50,972 bases of DNA, taken from the NCBI GenBank assembly GCA_964615415.1, contig CAZTNI010000004.1:1-50972 (forward strand), read 5' to 3'. The notes beneath the pieces were generated by a model. It was not told the DNA's origin. It saw only the letters and a program-made list of their open reading frames with translations, and ran no database searches. The translations under genes were made by a program, and so were the position numbers. This stretch comes from an uncultured Candidatus Saccharibacteria bacterium (GTDB lineage: Bacteria > Patescibacteriota > Minisyncoccia > Phycocordibacterales > SBAW01). This document shows positions 49,960-50,972 of this stretch, in pieces (positions within the stretch are counted from its first letter, which is position 1; the number at the start of each line of letters is the position of its first letter).

Positions 49960-50972
49960 TTTCCACGCATCCTATTCAAGAGTTCATTGATTATGCTAGC
50001 GTTCTCTATGTTTGCAGCATTAACACCGTCCACTGTTTCTTCGATGATTTGAAGTTTCAGTCTGAGAATCTCCATGATATCTTCGGTGATGGTCTTTTCC
50101 ACTTGCATATAGTAAGCTACTGCACCGTGCATATCATTGAGACGTGCATAGCACCTAGCTTCGGCTTGCCTGTGGTCCTTTGGAGTCCACATTAAATCAT
50201 TGAAGATTACATAATGAGCCTTAGTTAGAGTAAGACCCTCTGCACCAATCTTAGTGGAGAGAACAAGATACTTAATGTCATCTCCATTTTGGAATCTATC
50301 AATCTTACGGAAACGTTCCTCTTCATCATCCTCACCTGTGATACAAAGAGCTTCCTTACCTAAGAATGATGTAATGTCAAAGCATGAGTTACGATACTGT
50401 GAGAAGATGAGAACTTTCTTTTCTGTCTCCTCATAGATATCTCGTGCTAGAGAAGCTGAATGAACAGCACAAGCATCAGCTAAGATTTGCTTGAGTCTCT
50501 GGAGTTGTGCTAAGATAGAGTTAATCTCTCGCTCATAATCTGGATTAGCAAGAGATACATAGATTCCTTCAAGAGCTAGATTGTAAGACTTCCAAGCTGC
50601 ATCTGGAATCTCTACGAAATGGTCAATGCGTTCGATGGTTGGCAAGTCCTTGATAACATCTTCACGCTTACGTCGAATCATGTAAGCTGAGAGCATATCT
50701 CGGAATTGTTCCGGATTCTTTAGAGTCTTGCCACCATAGAACCACTGACCCTCAAAAGATTCCTTAGAAGAGAAAGTCTGCGGGTCAATCATGTGAAGCA
50801 AAGGCCAGAGTTCTCCGGGACGATTAACTACTGGAGTACCTGTAAGATGTAAGAGATACTTAGACTTTAGTTCACGAGCAGCTTTAGACCTACCTGAACC
50901 TGTGTTCTTGATATAGTGAGCTTCATCTAGAATGATTAGATCGAAATCTACCATATTGATTAGCTTAGCCCA
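49956..50972 (-). CDS. SNF2/Rad54-family helicase, C-terminal part (continues from 1063..56 across the circular junction)
   Basis: Contains DEAH (motif II), LTGTPVVNRPGELW (motif III) and the helicase-C region (LVLSTKIGAEGLTLTKAHYVIFNDLMWTPKDHRQAEAR). The track's Met at 50954 is internal. Confidence 0.85.
   Translation of the reverse strand, partial: WAKLINMVDFDLIILDEAHYIKNTGSGRSKAARELKSKYLLHLTGTPVVNRPGELWPLLHMIDPQTFSSKESFEGQWFYGGKTLKNPEQFRDMLSAYMIRRKREDVIKDLPTIERIDHFVEIPDAAWKSYNLALEGIYVSLANPDYEREINSILAQLQRLKQILADACAVHSASLARDIYEETEKKVLIFSQYRNSCFDITSFLGKEALCITGEDDEEERFRKIDRFQNGDDIKYLVLSTKIGAEGLTLTKAHYVIFNDLMWTPKDHRQAEARCYARLNDMHGAVAYYMQVEKTITEDIMEILRLKLQIIEETVDGVNAANIENASIINELLNRMRGK
50918..50972. 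repeat. Terminal overlap, second copy (identical to nt 1-55)
   Basis: Direct comparison of the window ends. Confidence 0.95.

Overview
The window is a complete, circularly closed, AT-rich dsDNA phage genome. Nt 1-55 are identical to nt 50918-50972, giving a unit length of 50917 bp.

Layout: two gene arms diverge from a repeat-rich control region at about 9.7-11.5 kb. They converge on a bidirectional terminator at about 36.85 kb.
- Plus-strand arm (11.5-36.8 kb): TerS, TerL, portal, scaffold, capsid and capsid-associated proteins, fibre-like proteins, holin, GH108 endolysin, a GNAT acetyltransferase, and three internal-core-like proteins, one of them 1542 aa.
- Minus-strand early/replication arm (10.8 kb down to 1, wrapping to 50917 and on to 37.0 kb): an SNF2 helicase that spans the window junction, a DenV-like glycosylase, a TSCPD protein, a Cas4-like nuclease, a Sak4-like ATPase, a GroES-like protein, a family-A DNA polymerase with a UDG-like N-terminus that is split into two ORFs, a P-loop helicase, a DksA/TraR zinc finger, two small paralog families and many tiny membrane peptides.

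RNA content is unusually rich:
- five canonical tRNAs: Thr-UGU, Lys-UUU, Leu-UAA, Met/Ile-CAU and Arg-UCU;
- a full-length tmRNA;
- three non-canonical tRNA-like modules;
- a 0.8-kb ORF-free, hairpin-dense unit with its own near-consensus promoter. This is the best candidate for something new, possibly a large structured ncRNA.

Other notable signals:
- a GC-rich first gene bracketed by inverted dyads;
- iteron-like repeats;
- two homologous GC-rich regulatory islands;
- a strongly over-represented TCCCGCG motif.

I saw no integrase, RNA polymerase, rRNA, CRISPR array or reverse transcriptase. All calls come from reading the sequence by eye and from remembered motifs. No searches were run.
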